Source: Mobula hypostoma
Taxonomy: Eukaryota
Assembly: GCF_963921235.1 (NCBI RefSeq)
Contig: NC_086108.1
Span: 22,382,001 to 22,446,000, forward strand
DNA: 64,000 bases
Direction of reading: 5' to 3'
How positions within the stretch are numbered: position 1 is the stretch's first letter; the number at the start of each line of letters is the position of its first letter. A program made the position numbers and the translations under genes. This document shows positions 12,624-24,041 of the stretch, piece after piece. The notes beneath the pieces are model-generated. The model was not told the DNA's origin, made no database searches, and saw nothing but the letters and a program-made list of their open reading frames with translations.

Positions 12624-13436
12624 GTAAAGCAAAACAGTATTTTGTTGTGATTTTTTTCTTCTATTTTGTTCATGTTGAGTTTTGAGGAGAATTTTTTTAA
12701 AGTACAGGACACTGCACAGGTTAGTGAGTGTTTTGTTTCTGAGAACTGTCAGTTATCTGAAGTTTTAGGAAGTTGGAAAGCCGTTGTCTGAGATTCCTAA
12801 AGTTACACTCATGAATTAATTAGGAACAGATTAGTTTAGATCATTATTATATCTTAGTTAGAATTAGTTTAATTAGTACAGATCTGTACTGCAGATTTAT
12901 TGTATGCTGGACCAGAGAGTTCCAACCAATATTAAGTGATTAAAATAAATAATTTGGGTTTACATTCTAATTTTAGAATTGTACTCCATTGGGTGTTTAG
13001 CATTTGGGGTATCATAAAGATCTGAGAGTTGCTCTACAGTTTCATGTTCTTCTTTAATTGTCTATCTCTGTCTCCTATTGTGATAAGTTTACTATTCAGC
13101 ACTCCAACGGGTTAAAGGAGTTCTTATTTCAACAAGAGGAAATCATGCCAGGTTTATTTCATCATAGAGCATTTCCTGATTTTCAAGACATTCGGCAAAT
13201 GATTTACACTTGGCTAATATATGTTGTGTTTTTGACTTTTAAGTGCGACTGAGAATTATTGCAGACAAGAGAATAATTGATTTGGTGATCTGGGTTTATC
13301 TTGCATTATAACTGGGTTTACTGTCTGGATGTACGTCTGTGTTGATGTTGTAATGGTATTTGCGATATCACAGAGAATGCAGCGGTTTGTTGCTTTCAGC
13401 AGCCTCATGTTTACTTTTGGTTGTTTATTTCTACAG

Positions 13437-13499
13437 TACTGCCTTGCACTGAGCCTTCCCCAAAGAAAGATGAAAGAAGCAGAGGACTTGCACAGGAAG
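13437..13499 (+). CDS. TOR1AIP1: LAP1/TOR1AIP exon (63 nt, phase 1-1)
   Basis: ttgtttatttctacAG acceptor and GTattg donor; encodes VLPCTEPSPKKDERSRGLAQE. Confidence 0.8.
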
Positions 13500-13859
13500 G
13501 TATTGGATTAATCAAATTATTCGATATTGAGTTTATGCCAGGAGTAGAAGATATGTAAAAAGTTTCCTGGGCTTCACTGACAAGAATTTAAAGTCTGGAT
13601 TGGAGTGTTTAAAATTTAGGGTAATAATGCAGTTTGTAAGTAATTGTTGAAAGAAGCAGCCAATAGTTAATGTGAAATTTTGCAGCTGTAGAAAGTTCAC
13701 CAACTGACTGATCTGTTTGTTTATGTCAAGTCACTTATGCTCCTTTTTAAAACCCAGAATAACGTGATCATATGTGGATGTTGTAAATTGTAATACTTTT
13801 AATATCTTGCCTCCTTCAAGTGTTGATTCGACCCGAACAAATTTTTGGAAATAATAGCA

Positions 13860-14600
13860 GGAAACTGTTTGCATTGACAATCAAGCAGCATCAGTGTGGA
13901 GTGAAACAGTCAACATTTTAGGTCAAAAGCTCTTCATCAGATGTAGAAAAATGAAGAGAGTGAGTTGTAGCGAGAAGGAGGGATGGTGGGGAGTTCTGAG
14001 GTGGAGTGCAGACCAAAGATGGCAAGCCATCAAGCATTTTAAATGCTGGCACTGTCTTCAGGTTAAAACTTTGTCCATTTCTCTTTGTACAGCCGCTGCC
14101 TGACCTGCATCTGCAGATTCTTGATCTGGGGTGGGGAATAAGCAATTGAAAACGGGAAAATTAAGAAATTAAATTGTGAAATTCAAGATTTGATCCCCAG
14201 GGCTGCATTGCATCCTCTTGTGAAACTGTTGTGCTTCCCCTCATGCCTATATTCAGTAACGCAAGATAAAATGTACATGGGACAGAAAATTAAAGTGGCA
14301 GGCAGTGGAAGCTCAGGTTTGTAAAATAGTTACCCGAATCTGTGGTTAGAGTTTCTGATGTGGACATGATCACATTATGAGGACTTGATCTAATACAGTG
14401 AATTGGAAAAAGTGCATGTGAATTGCTACTTCATCTGGAAGCTCAGTTTGGGTCTGCAAGAGGTAGGCAGGGAAGACATAAAAGATCAATGTTGAACGTC
14501 CTTAAGTTGTGTGGAAAAGTGCTTTGAGAAGGAGATGACTTAGCAGGGATGGAGGATGGAGGAGTTAAATGGAGAGTTGTGGATAGAAAGGTCCCTTTGT
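13860..14600 (-). mobile_element. Old Penelope remnant (pLTR plus GIY-YIG region)
   Basis: Degenerate match to the Penelope copies at 28.5 and 29.7 kb. Confidence 0.55.
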
Positions 14601-15024
14601 AACACTGAGCGGTCTCACTTGCACATTGGCTCTGTGTGTACTATGACCTAATCACTTGGATAAGGTGGAAATAGTCCATTCATAATATGAAAGTTATTTG
14701 TCAAGGCACAGGGTTTTCTGTTTTTCAAAGCTGTCAATTTCTTTTTCATGTTTTTGAATGTCCTTGTTAAGTATTTGAAACCTACTACAGGTTAATAGTG
14801 CATAATTAAACTGGGACAGATAGGTTGGGTTTCAACTTGAAACATCAACAATACCTTTCCTCCCTGCAGATGATGCTTGACTCACTAAGTTCTTCAAGCA
14901 GATTGTATGTTAGTCCAGATTCCAGCATTTGCCTTCTCTTTGTCTGCACTTAAGTTGGCAGCTGCTGGCTGAGCTGACAGAATCCTGCAGAATTTGGCTG
15001 CCAGTTTGAGTCTATGACAACTAA

Positions 15025-15475
15025 CATCAAATTCAAGTTTATTGTTGTCATTGGCATACATGCAGCACCAGCACAGGACGAGGACAAACATGAGTTAACA
15101 TAAACTTAAACTAATATAAATTATGCATGTGTGGAAAATAAACAACAAAATAAATAATGACACCAGTGCAAAATTGAGAGACAGAAAAGTAATAGTCCAT
15201 GATAGTGTTAAGGTTTCTCAGACTATTCAAGAACCTGATGGCAGTGGGGAAGCTGTAGAAACTTGGACTGAGTCTCCAGGCTCTTGCACCTACCTACTGG
15301 TAGTATTGAGAAGATGGCATGGCCTGGATGATGAGGGTCCCTGAAGATGGATGTTGCCCGTTATAGATGTCCTCAGTGGTTGACAAGCCCACTGTTCTCT
15401 AGCCTTTTACATTCCTGTGCAGTTAAGTTTCCATACCAGACAGTGATGCAACCAAAGTTCCTTCACAGTACATCT
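15025..15475 (-). mobile_element. Rex1/Babar-like LINE 3' fragment
   Basis: aaattcaagtttattg tail and the ttccataccagacagtgatgcaacc motif shared with other Rex copies. Confidence 0.65.
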
Positions 15476-15789
15476 GAGTGTAATATCTTGTCTTATCCTT
15501 AAATATTTCCATGTAGGGAGTGCATCAGTCCAAGATGGTCGTGGTAACTGCCACACATTGCTTGTGGCCCCGCCTTAATGTTGACCAGCATTACCCCAAT
15601 GCTAAACTGAAAAGATGGAGAGCAGACCGAGCAATTCAAAACAAACATCTCCGAACTGTTGTGGTCCATTAGTAGTGTATTTGTTTATCATCAGTGTGTA
15701 ACCTCATTCCCCAGCATAGCTGTTACTCTCAAGAGAGGGGACCGATGCAGGTTTAATAAAAAAGTTAATAAATGTTAGTAGATGGATCA

Positions 15790-16030
15790 TAAGTCATACT
15801 GTAGGACCAGAAATAGGCCACTTGACCCATTGAGTCTGCTCCACCAATCAACCATGGCTGATTTATTTTCACTCTTGTCCTTCCTTTTCCCAATACCACT
15901 GGTGCTCTTAGCAATCAAGAACCTCCACTTTAAATACTGTATACCCAGTAACCTGGCCTCCACAACCATCTGTGGCAATGAATTCCGCAGATTCACTACC
16001 CTCTGGCAAAAGAAATTCTTCCTCGTAACC
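15790..16030 (-). mobile_element. CR1 3' tail fragment
   Basis: NLRNSLPQMVVEA followed by a CR1 3' UTR. Confidence 0.75.
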
Positions 16031-16521
16031 AGGTAAGTTTAAACTTGAAACAACAGCTGAATGCTACAGTTTAGAATTATGTCTATGCTAAACAGTGAAT
16101 TCCTTCACAACGACTACAGTAATGTAAAAATCAGCTCACTAAAGGTGATTATGAATCTCAGTGATCCCCATGTACCTGAATGAGGAAAAAGTAAACTGAT
16201 ACAGAGTGGGAATATCTTTGAGGAGGTTAGGAATTCATACTGCATTTACTCTATATGTGGTCTCTGGCTGACTATTGGGAGTAAGTGTCATCTTGCATTG
16301 AGAGGTACCGGTTTCGTCTCAGTATTCTAACATCCCATATAGTCTGGTACAGATGTCCCAGTGGCCACATGCCTTCAGGCAGGTATAATCTTAGTATGCT
16401 AACGTACACAGTTTCAGTTGCCAGTGTGGTACTATTAACTGTGAGGTCCTGTGCAGTAAGGTGCAGGTGACTGGCTATTTAAACATTCATTGATTTTTCT
16501 GTCTCTTTCATTCCTCTTTAG

Positions 16522-17303
16522 GGAGTGCCGATACCTCAAACAGGAGTGTGATCTTCATTCTAATGATTGTAGCGGTGGTTTTCTCTGTGTTGTTCCTGAT
16601 GAGTAAGCCCCAGTCTGTTACTTTGGTGAAAAGAACAAAGCTAACTGTATTTTTAGACAAGTTTGAGCAGGTTCAGGCCCTGTTCTACGGGCAGCAGTCA
16701 GCACTGTGGAAGAGAAGCAGGATCACACTGTGCAACCACATTAATCTGACCCGGCATGAGAAACCTGCCATCCTGATGTTTGTAGCTGCATCGGATGGGC
16801 AGAAGACCATGAGGTGCCTCACTCATCGGATTGCAGATGCTTACTCCGCAGCCCTCAATGCTACTGCAGCGGTGGAAGTCAACGCAACTGTTAGTAGTGG
16901 CCAAAACAGTGATGGTGTGAAACTGGAGGTGGACACCCAGCTGTCATCTGGGTTTGACAAAGGCAGCAAGGTAGCGGTCATTCACCACTTCCAGGATCTT
17001 CCCCCATTGTCCACCCTGATCTTCTACAAGTACTGTGACCATGAGAACGCAGCCTATAAGGCAGTTGCCCTGCTGATCACTATTCTCCTGGATGAGGAGA
17101 AATTGGCACCAGACATTAGCCTGAAAGTCTTAGAAATGAAGGTCCGTGACTTTCTGATAAGGAGGTTTTCTGCTTCTGAAGGTAGTCAAGGCATGGACAC
17201 TGACAAACTGAGCGGCCTGTGGAGTCGCATTGCCCATGTTGTGCTTCCAGTGGCACCAGTTCGTGAGATAGAGGAAGGAGGTTGTGTTTTGAAAGGGCAC
17301 TGA
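16522..17303 (+). CDS. TOR1AIP1: Terminal coding exon of a torsin-1A-interacting protein (LAP1/LULL1 family): TM helix plus luminal AAA+-like activator domain
   Basis: tctttcattcctctttAG acceptor in phase 1; TM segment VIFILMIVAVVFSVLFLM; hallmark motifs TLIFYKYCDHENAAYK and DKLSGLWSRIAHVVLPV (arginine finger); stop at 17301-17303. The family call is secure. TOR1AIP1 over TOR1AIP2 rests only on the many-small-exon layout. Confidence 0.95.
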
Positions 17304-19144
17304 AAGTGATCCATGGGAAGTGAAGTCAAAGGGAAGTTTAAACACTTGCATTTGGTTGCCTTTTCCTCATCCGTAATCTCCCTCCTCCTGTTTCCTCTCC
17401 ACCTGTTTCTGTCAGGTGTACAAGTACAGAAATCTCAAATGATGAGTCATGGGTGAGGGAGGCTGATCCCAGTCAGAAATGTATCACTGAACAGGAATGC
17501 AAACACCGAAGTAGAAACCTCTCGTCAACAAGAATAGATATCGCCTTCTGTTTTTACTGGAAAGGACAGTTTACAAATCTTAAGTTAGAAACAAATTAAA
17601 ATTGTGATATTATGTGTTAAAATATTAATTGGCTACTTTGTGTTGTAACAAAAAAGGAGGTTCTATATGCACAGACCCTCCCACTTTCCTAATTCATAAT
17701 GCACTATTTCATCCGATGTACCATGAGCTGAGTCTTGCATTAGACAGTTTGGTTGGGGCCCTCATGCCGGTGATGAGCATCCATTTAATGCCAAGTTTTA
17801 CTTGTGTGGTGATGGCTAGTTGTTGTATCACAGCATTAAAGACCATCTCAACTAATATGCAGTGATTTAAAATAGAAATATGGATATAGGTGATATTGGA
17901 CACACTAGCAGCTGATGTGAATGATTTGGTGGGTCAGCTAGCTTTTCATTTGGGTTGGATGCATGAAATAGATTAAGGAACAGATTTAAAAAAAGGGCAA
18001 GATGGATAGACCTTTCCCCCACTTTGATCCCAGAAATAACCATTGGCAGGAAGTAGATCAACAGAGTTACTAGTTGTCAGTCATACAAAAAGAGTTATCT
18101 CACTAATTGAATACAATGCTCAATCAACCACTTCCAATTCTTCTTGAAATGGAGTTGAGCAGAGTGGAGTGCAGATCAAACAGACTGTAATAAGTAGACC
18201 ACTGTTCATTGATAAGTCTTAATTCTACTTAGAGAATTAGGAATCCTCCTAAAGCCCCAACTTCATGTTGTGACTTACGAACTCTGCCAATAATTATATA
18301 ATCCAGAGGTAATGCGTGAACTGTTAGTTCCCATCTCCCTTCCCACCACACCAACCACTCTCCTCTCCCACTTCTAAACCCCCAGGAAAAGTCAATAGCT
18401 TAATGGTTTTATTTTTGCAGCACTATGAATGTAACCCTTTGCTTGATCATGTTTTATGTCATGTCTGCACGTGCCTTAAGTTGAATGGGAATTGGTGGCA
18501 ATGGTTGATTAGACAGGGTGGGGTTGCCAGCAATATTGAACTACATGTTAATTTTTCATACAAGCTAAATATTTTGAATCACATTCATGCTGTTTTATTG
18601 AATCCTGTTTAAACTTTCTCTACTACATGGTAGTATGATTTCTGTAACAGCCTCTACAAAATTAAGAGTAATTTGTATTTTTTTTAAAAATCCAAAAGCT
18701 GGAATTTTAATTGCAAGTATTACTAATCTGTTTAACTTGAGCGGGCTTAATTTTCTTTCCCCAAGAAAAAAACAGAAAAAAGATTTAAAGCAAATGTAGT
18801 AAAATAACACTCAAAGGAACAGTCCTATTTAGGCACTGGCTGCTTTGTTAAACCCAGCAAATGTATGGAGCAAAATGTTGACCTGAAGACCATCGCTATA
18901 AATCTTTTGTTTGTGGAAGTTCCCTGTCTTTCAATTTCTTAGGACTTCTCAAAATGCCTTGTACTAGATTCATTGTTGAAAGACAGTCAATAAATACACT
19001 AGAAAGTTTCACGGCATGTAATTTTGCTCCTTTTTATTCAAACGTAGAAATAAGAATTCTAGTCTTATGATACCTTACCTCTAAATGTGACATCTACTTT
19101 TACGATGACTGCATTTTTGTGTAGTAAGAATTTGTGTTAACAAA

Positions 19145-19150
19145 AATAAA
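19145..19150 (+). promoter_or_regulatory. Candidate polyadenylation signal (alternative AATAAA at 18989-18994)
   Basis: AATAAA followed by T/GT-rich sequence at the end of a ~1.85-kb region after the stop codon in which no repeats were recognised. Confidence 0.55.
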
Positions 19151-20039
19151 AGTTGTATTTTTAAAAAATTATGTTTATCTTAGTCTATGAGCATGAGTCC
19201 ATCTGCTGGTTTCTAAAGCGTTGGTTCCTTCATGTTGAATTGCACAGCTTTCATCAGTTTCAGATGCATTGTAGCCAGCTGCAGTAGCAGGAGCTTCATA
19301 CTGTTTTTAAGGGGGATCTTGAGAGACTGGAGGAGAAATGGAACAATCATGTGATATCAGAGGAATCAATGAAAAACATTGCTTCCAAGACCTGTTATCC
19401 TGACTTGAGATCCTGCTGTTCCGCTGTTGTCACTGTGCCACATTCTTGGAATTACAGTACTTAAAAGCTTTGCAGGAATACCTTGGCCGTATGAGCTACG
19501 TTGCCTTAAAGATACTCGCTACCACCATTTCAAGAGCAGCTGAGTTATGGCCAATAGATGGTGACCTTTGCCAGTGATATTTGTCTCAGTGAATGAAGTT
19601 TAAAGGTGATTTGAAAAGAAAGTCCTTCAATTGAGCAAGGGGATATTCAGGAGGATGTCTTTGAGTTCCCAGCCAGGAATCATTCCCTCTATGTTTGCTG
19701 TCTAAAGTTGAACAAGTTCAGTTCAGAATCTGCATCCTAATGACTATCAACACAATTTTGGGTAGAGGAAACATGATGAGCTGGATGTTTAATGGCCTAA
19801 ACAAACAAATGGGTTTCACCTTGTGATTATTACTGAGATGTGGTGGCAGTGTGATCATTGCTTTAATTTATATATTCCATGGTTCTTGACTTCGACATTT
19901 ACAGATAATCAAGAATAACATGGAATTGACTTCCTTGCTGTGTGTAAGAAGTTGGATTATTCTGCTTTTCCATTCTGTTTCCCCGAAATATAATGGTTAA
20001 ATAAATTAGTATCTTCTCAGCCATACAATATGCACTCCT

Positions 20040-20260
20040 GCACTCCATACCCATTTTCCCTCAAATCTAAATGTATTTGCTCCGCAACTGGTCAAAACCT
20101 TTTGCATCTAACTTCCTCCTTTAAGTCACTCCTTAAAAAGTATCTCTATTCAAGCATTTGGTTACCTGTTTTAATATTTCCTGCTGACATCACCATCAAT
20201 TTTTAAACAATAGTATTTCTGTATGATTTTGCTGCATTAAAGGGCTGTGTAAATCGTTTT
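20040..20260 (+). mobile_element. Ancient L2-like LINE 3' end
   Basis: tcctttaagtcactccttaaaaagtatctctattcaagcatttggttacctg...ttaaagggctgtgtaaat resembles L2 3' termini. Confidence 0.5.
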
Positions 20261-20300
20261 CTGATGCAGCATGATCTGGTACTGGTGATATACATGAAAA

Positions 20301-20319
20301 CAGCCACAAGGGGGCACAA
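20301..20319 (+). promoter_or_regulatory. Candidate CTCF binding site
   Basis: cagccacaagggggcacaa closely matches the CTCF core CCACNAGGGGGCRC. Confidence 0.45.
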
Positions 20320-20989
20320 TTGAGTTATGTGAGGAAGACCCCAGATTCCAGCATCCACTCATATTTTGCTTCAGAATGGCATGTTGCCTTACTTTGAATC
20401 TTCTTTTAGTACACTATCAAATTGAATGTTTATTTAGTCCTGCCACTTAGTTAGACAGACTTGCATATGAACTTCGTGGTCCATGCAAACACTTGGTGTT
20501 TGAAGAATAAGCCTATTTTATCAAACTTCCAGATTTTTATTTTTATATATATACACGTACACATTATATAGCTGACACATTTAAAGTTAGTTTGAATTCA
20601 AGATGAACAGTAATTCAAAATGAAAAACTAATACCCATGATGTGCTTTATTTAATATGCAGAATGATTATTGCTTCCCCAGCTGAAAAATGATGGCTTAG
20701 ACTTAACACAGGATGTACTGTTATTGGATGATATGTGTGTGTGCTGATATACACATATTATGCAAGTGACAACAGTTTGTCACTCTCCCTGTCACTAAAG
20801 ATGAACAATTGTGAAGCCAATTTCATATGAGCTGCAGTATAGTAGCTTGTATCTCATATACTGCAAATAGTCCAATTTACCAAAACTAATCTGATCTGGT
20901 GTTTATATTCTTACTTTCAGTATCTCATCTTAAACTTGCAACATACTTCTTTACTCCTCATCTGCAGTCGCTTCACTTCCTATGAAAAG

Positions 20990-23285
20990 CAGTGCCATGA
21001 AAATGTATTCAGCTTCCACAACTATTTTCATGTTAATGTCTCAATTTCTGAATGTAAAGTATATTGAAGTAGAATTTTTGAGGTAACCTACAAAACATTG
21101 TGCATCATATCAAATCAAAAGAAAGATTACAAAACCAAAATTGTGAGGCTAAAAAAAGTTTGTCCCTTTTGGAATTACTATGCTAACTTTCCTCAGGTGC
21201 AGTACTGTGTACTTCCTCACCAACTCACCTAATTTGTTGATTTAGAAAATCAGAGGATCACCTAAATAAATACCCTCTCTCTAAGGTCCAACTGCATGGT
21301 AGATTTTCAACAACCAAACCAAAATGAAGACAAAATCAAGGCAAGCCAGAGATGTAGTAATGGAGGAGCAGAAATCTGGGAAGAGTACAAGGGCACAGAG
21401 CATACCTCACAGCTCATCATAGTCCATTGTGAAAAAGGTGGGAAAAGTAAGAACCACGGCCACACTGCCTAGGTCAGCTGTCCCTCTAAATTTGGTGACC
21501 AAAGAAGAATAGCTGTTCCTCTAAGTTTAGTGACCAGAGAGGCTACTGTGATGGAAACAGTCACTCTGAGTGACCTGTAGAGGTCAGTGGCTGCAACTGG
21601 AGATGAACTTCACAGCTCCACAATCTCTAAAGCCTTGCACAAAAAGGGTATTTATGGAAGAATGGCAAGGAAGAAGACCTGGCTGAAAAAAAAGCATAAC
21701 CTTGCCCATAAAGACTTTGGAAAGCATCATTTGAGAGATTGTTCATGACTAGACTGAGCTCCTGCCTCAGCAAGGACCTGGACCCATTGCAATTTGCCTA
21801 TTGCCACAATAGGTCAACGGCAGATGCAGTCTCAATGGCTCTTCATATGACTTTAGACCACCTGGACAACACAAACACCTATGTCAGGATGCTGTTCATC
21901 AACTATTGCTCAGCATTTACTGCCATCATTCCCACATGATCCTGATTGAGAAGTTGCAGAACCTAGGCCTCTGTACCTCCCTCTGCAATTGGATCCTTGA
22001 CTTCCTAACCGGAAGACCACAATCTGTGCGGATTGGTGATAACATATCCTCACTGACGATCAACACTGGCGCACCTCAGGGGTGTGTGCTTAGCCCACTG
22101 CTCTGCTCTCTATATACCTATGACTGTGTGGCTAGGCATAGCTCAAATACCGTCTCTAATTTGTTGGCAATACAGCCATTGTTGGTAGAATCTCAGGTGG
22201 TGACGAGAGGGCGTACAGGAGTGAGATGACAACTAGTGGAGTGGTGTCGCAGAAGCAACTTGGCACTCAACGTCAGTAAGACAAAAGAGCTGATGGTGGA
22301 CTTCAGGAAAGGTAAGACGAAGGAACACATACCAATCCTCATAGAGGGATCAGAAGTGGAGAGAGTGAGCAGTTTCCAGTTCCTGGGTGTCAAGGTCTCT
22401 GAGGATCTAACCTGGTCCCAACATATCAATGCAGTTATAAAGAAGGCAAGACAGCAGCTATACCTCATTAGGAGTTTGAAGAGATTTGGCATGTCAACAA
22501 ATACACTCATAAACTTCTGTAGATGTAATGTGGAGAGCATTCTGACAGGCTGCATCACTGGTGGGCGGGGGGGGGTGGGGGGTGCGGTGCTACTGCACAG
22601 GACCGAAAGAAGCTACAGAAGGTTGTAAATTTAGTCAGCTCCTTCTTGGGTATTAGCCTACAAAGTACCCAGGACATCTTCAAGGAGTGGTGTCTCAGAA
22701 AGGCAGTATCCGTTATTAAGGCCGTCCAGCACCCAGGGCATGCCCTTTTCTCACTGTTACCATCAGATAGGAGGTACAGAAGCCTGAAGGCACACACTCA
22801 GCGATTCAAGAACAGCTTCTTCTCCTCTGCCATCCAATTCCTAAATAGATACTGAACCCTTGGACATTGCCTCACTTTTAAAATATATAGTATTTCTGTT
22901 TTTGCACGATTTTTAATTTATTCAACTGTAATTGATTTACTTATTAATTAGTATTATTTTATTTTGTTTTCTTCTATATTATATATTGCATTGAAATGCT
23001 GCTGCTAAGTTAACAAATTTCACGTCACATGCTGGTGATAATAAACCTGATTCTGATCCTGACTTACAAGATCTGGAAGGAAGTCTTGTGGTCTTGGATG
23101 AGACTGAAGTGGAACTTTTTGACCCCAACACTAAGCAGTATGTGTGGCATAAATCTAATACTGTGCATCAGCCAGATAACTTCGTCCCTGTTAAGTATCA
23201 TGCTATGGAGATGCTTTTCAGCAGCAGGGGCTGGGAATCTTTTCCAGATTGATGTGTTGGATATTGAATACTTTACAAGGCACTG
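20990..23285 (+). mobile_element. Tc1-family DNA transposon, internally deleted and split by a LINE
   Basis: TIRs cagtgccatgaaaatgtattca and tgaatactttacaaggcactg+TA; transposase remnants LHKKGIYGRMARKKTWLKKKH (21.6-21.7 kb) and WKEVLWS/DETEVELF/MLWRCFSAAGAG (23.07-23.25 kb). Confidence 0.85.
21739..23062 (+). mobile_element. Rex1/Babar LINE, 5'-truncated (RT plus tail), inside the Tc1 element
   Basis: [21 protein letters not shown] and FLGVKVSEDLTWS; aataaacctgattctgat tail. Confidence 0.9.
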
Positions 23286-23799
23286 TATATAAACCACTTG
23301 CCTCAGTTGTTGCATTTGACCTGTCTTTTCAAAGGGCAGTCAAACTTCTTCAGTATGGCGTTATTTGCGAGCTGCCCCAGCACATCTGCAGACTATTGGT
23401 TGTTCACGCAAATTTCATATTTCACTGTATGTTTTGATGTACATGTGACTATTAAGTCTAATCTTGACTCCTTCATTTCCAGAAACAGCTTTGTAAAGAT
23501 CCCTACATGTTCATGACATGAGTTTATATTGGATGTATTTTTGGACATCATGTTCAACTGGGGTTACCTAACATAATTTGTTGCTCTGAAGTGGTTATAT
23601 TCTGATTTCCTTATAGCACCAAGTGAGCCACTAGATGATGTGATCTTGACACAGATATGTGACATACGGAGATCTGGATCAGAGCCAGAATGATTATGAA
23701 TGTTGCCCTCTTGAGGCAGCACTGGATGTAGATACTACGAATGGTGAGGAGAGACGTGCCTGGGATGTGTTGGTCTCTGAACTTTGCTAGTCCATTCAA

Positions 23800-24035
23800 T
23801 GATGCAGTTTAAAACTTTAGTCATTTAAAAAGGCATTCACTGAAAATGCAGAAAAGAGTAACTTTTCAAAAAGTGTGACTAACATGGTAGTGTTAAAGAT
23901 GTCAGAAGCAGAAGACACTGACAGCAATCCCTGTTACCATTTTACATTTGAAACCTGCTTTGCTGTGGCTGGTGACCTGTCATAGCAGTTCCTTTGGACA
24001 AAATCCAAAGGAAAGAGAAGCAGAGTAAAGGTAGG
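23800..24035 (-). mobile_element. Highly decayed Vingi/ingi-like RT fragment
   Basis: Manual minus-strand translation GF..RNCYD..KAGFKCKMVTG resembles Vingi RT (recalled); appears to continue across the CR1 from 27535. Confidence 0.35.
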
Positions 24036-24041
24036 AAGGTG

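Noticed and set aside
16548..16550. ORF-track start of the 251-aa ORF
   Set aside because: It is a GTG inside an exon; the frame extends to the splice acceptor at 16522.
5500..21000. IFRG15-like ORF known from the mammalian TOR1AIP2 locus
   Set aside because: No ORF with a recognisable match is present in the track.
23626..23645. Second CTCF-like motif (gccactagatgatg)
   Set aside because: It lacks the conserved GGC of the core.
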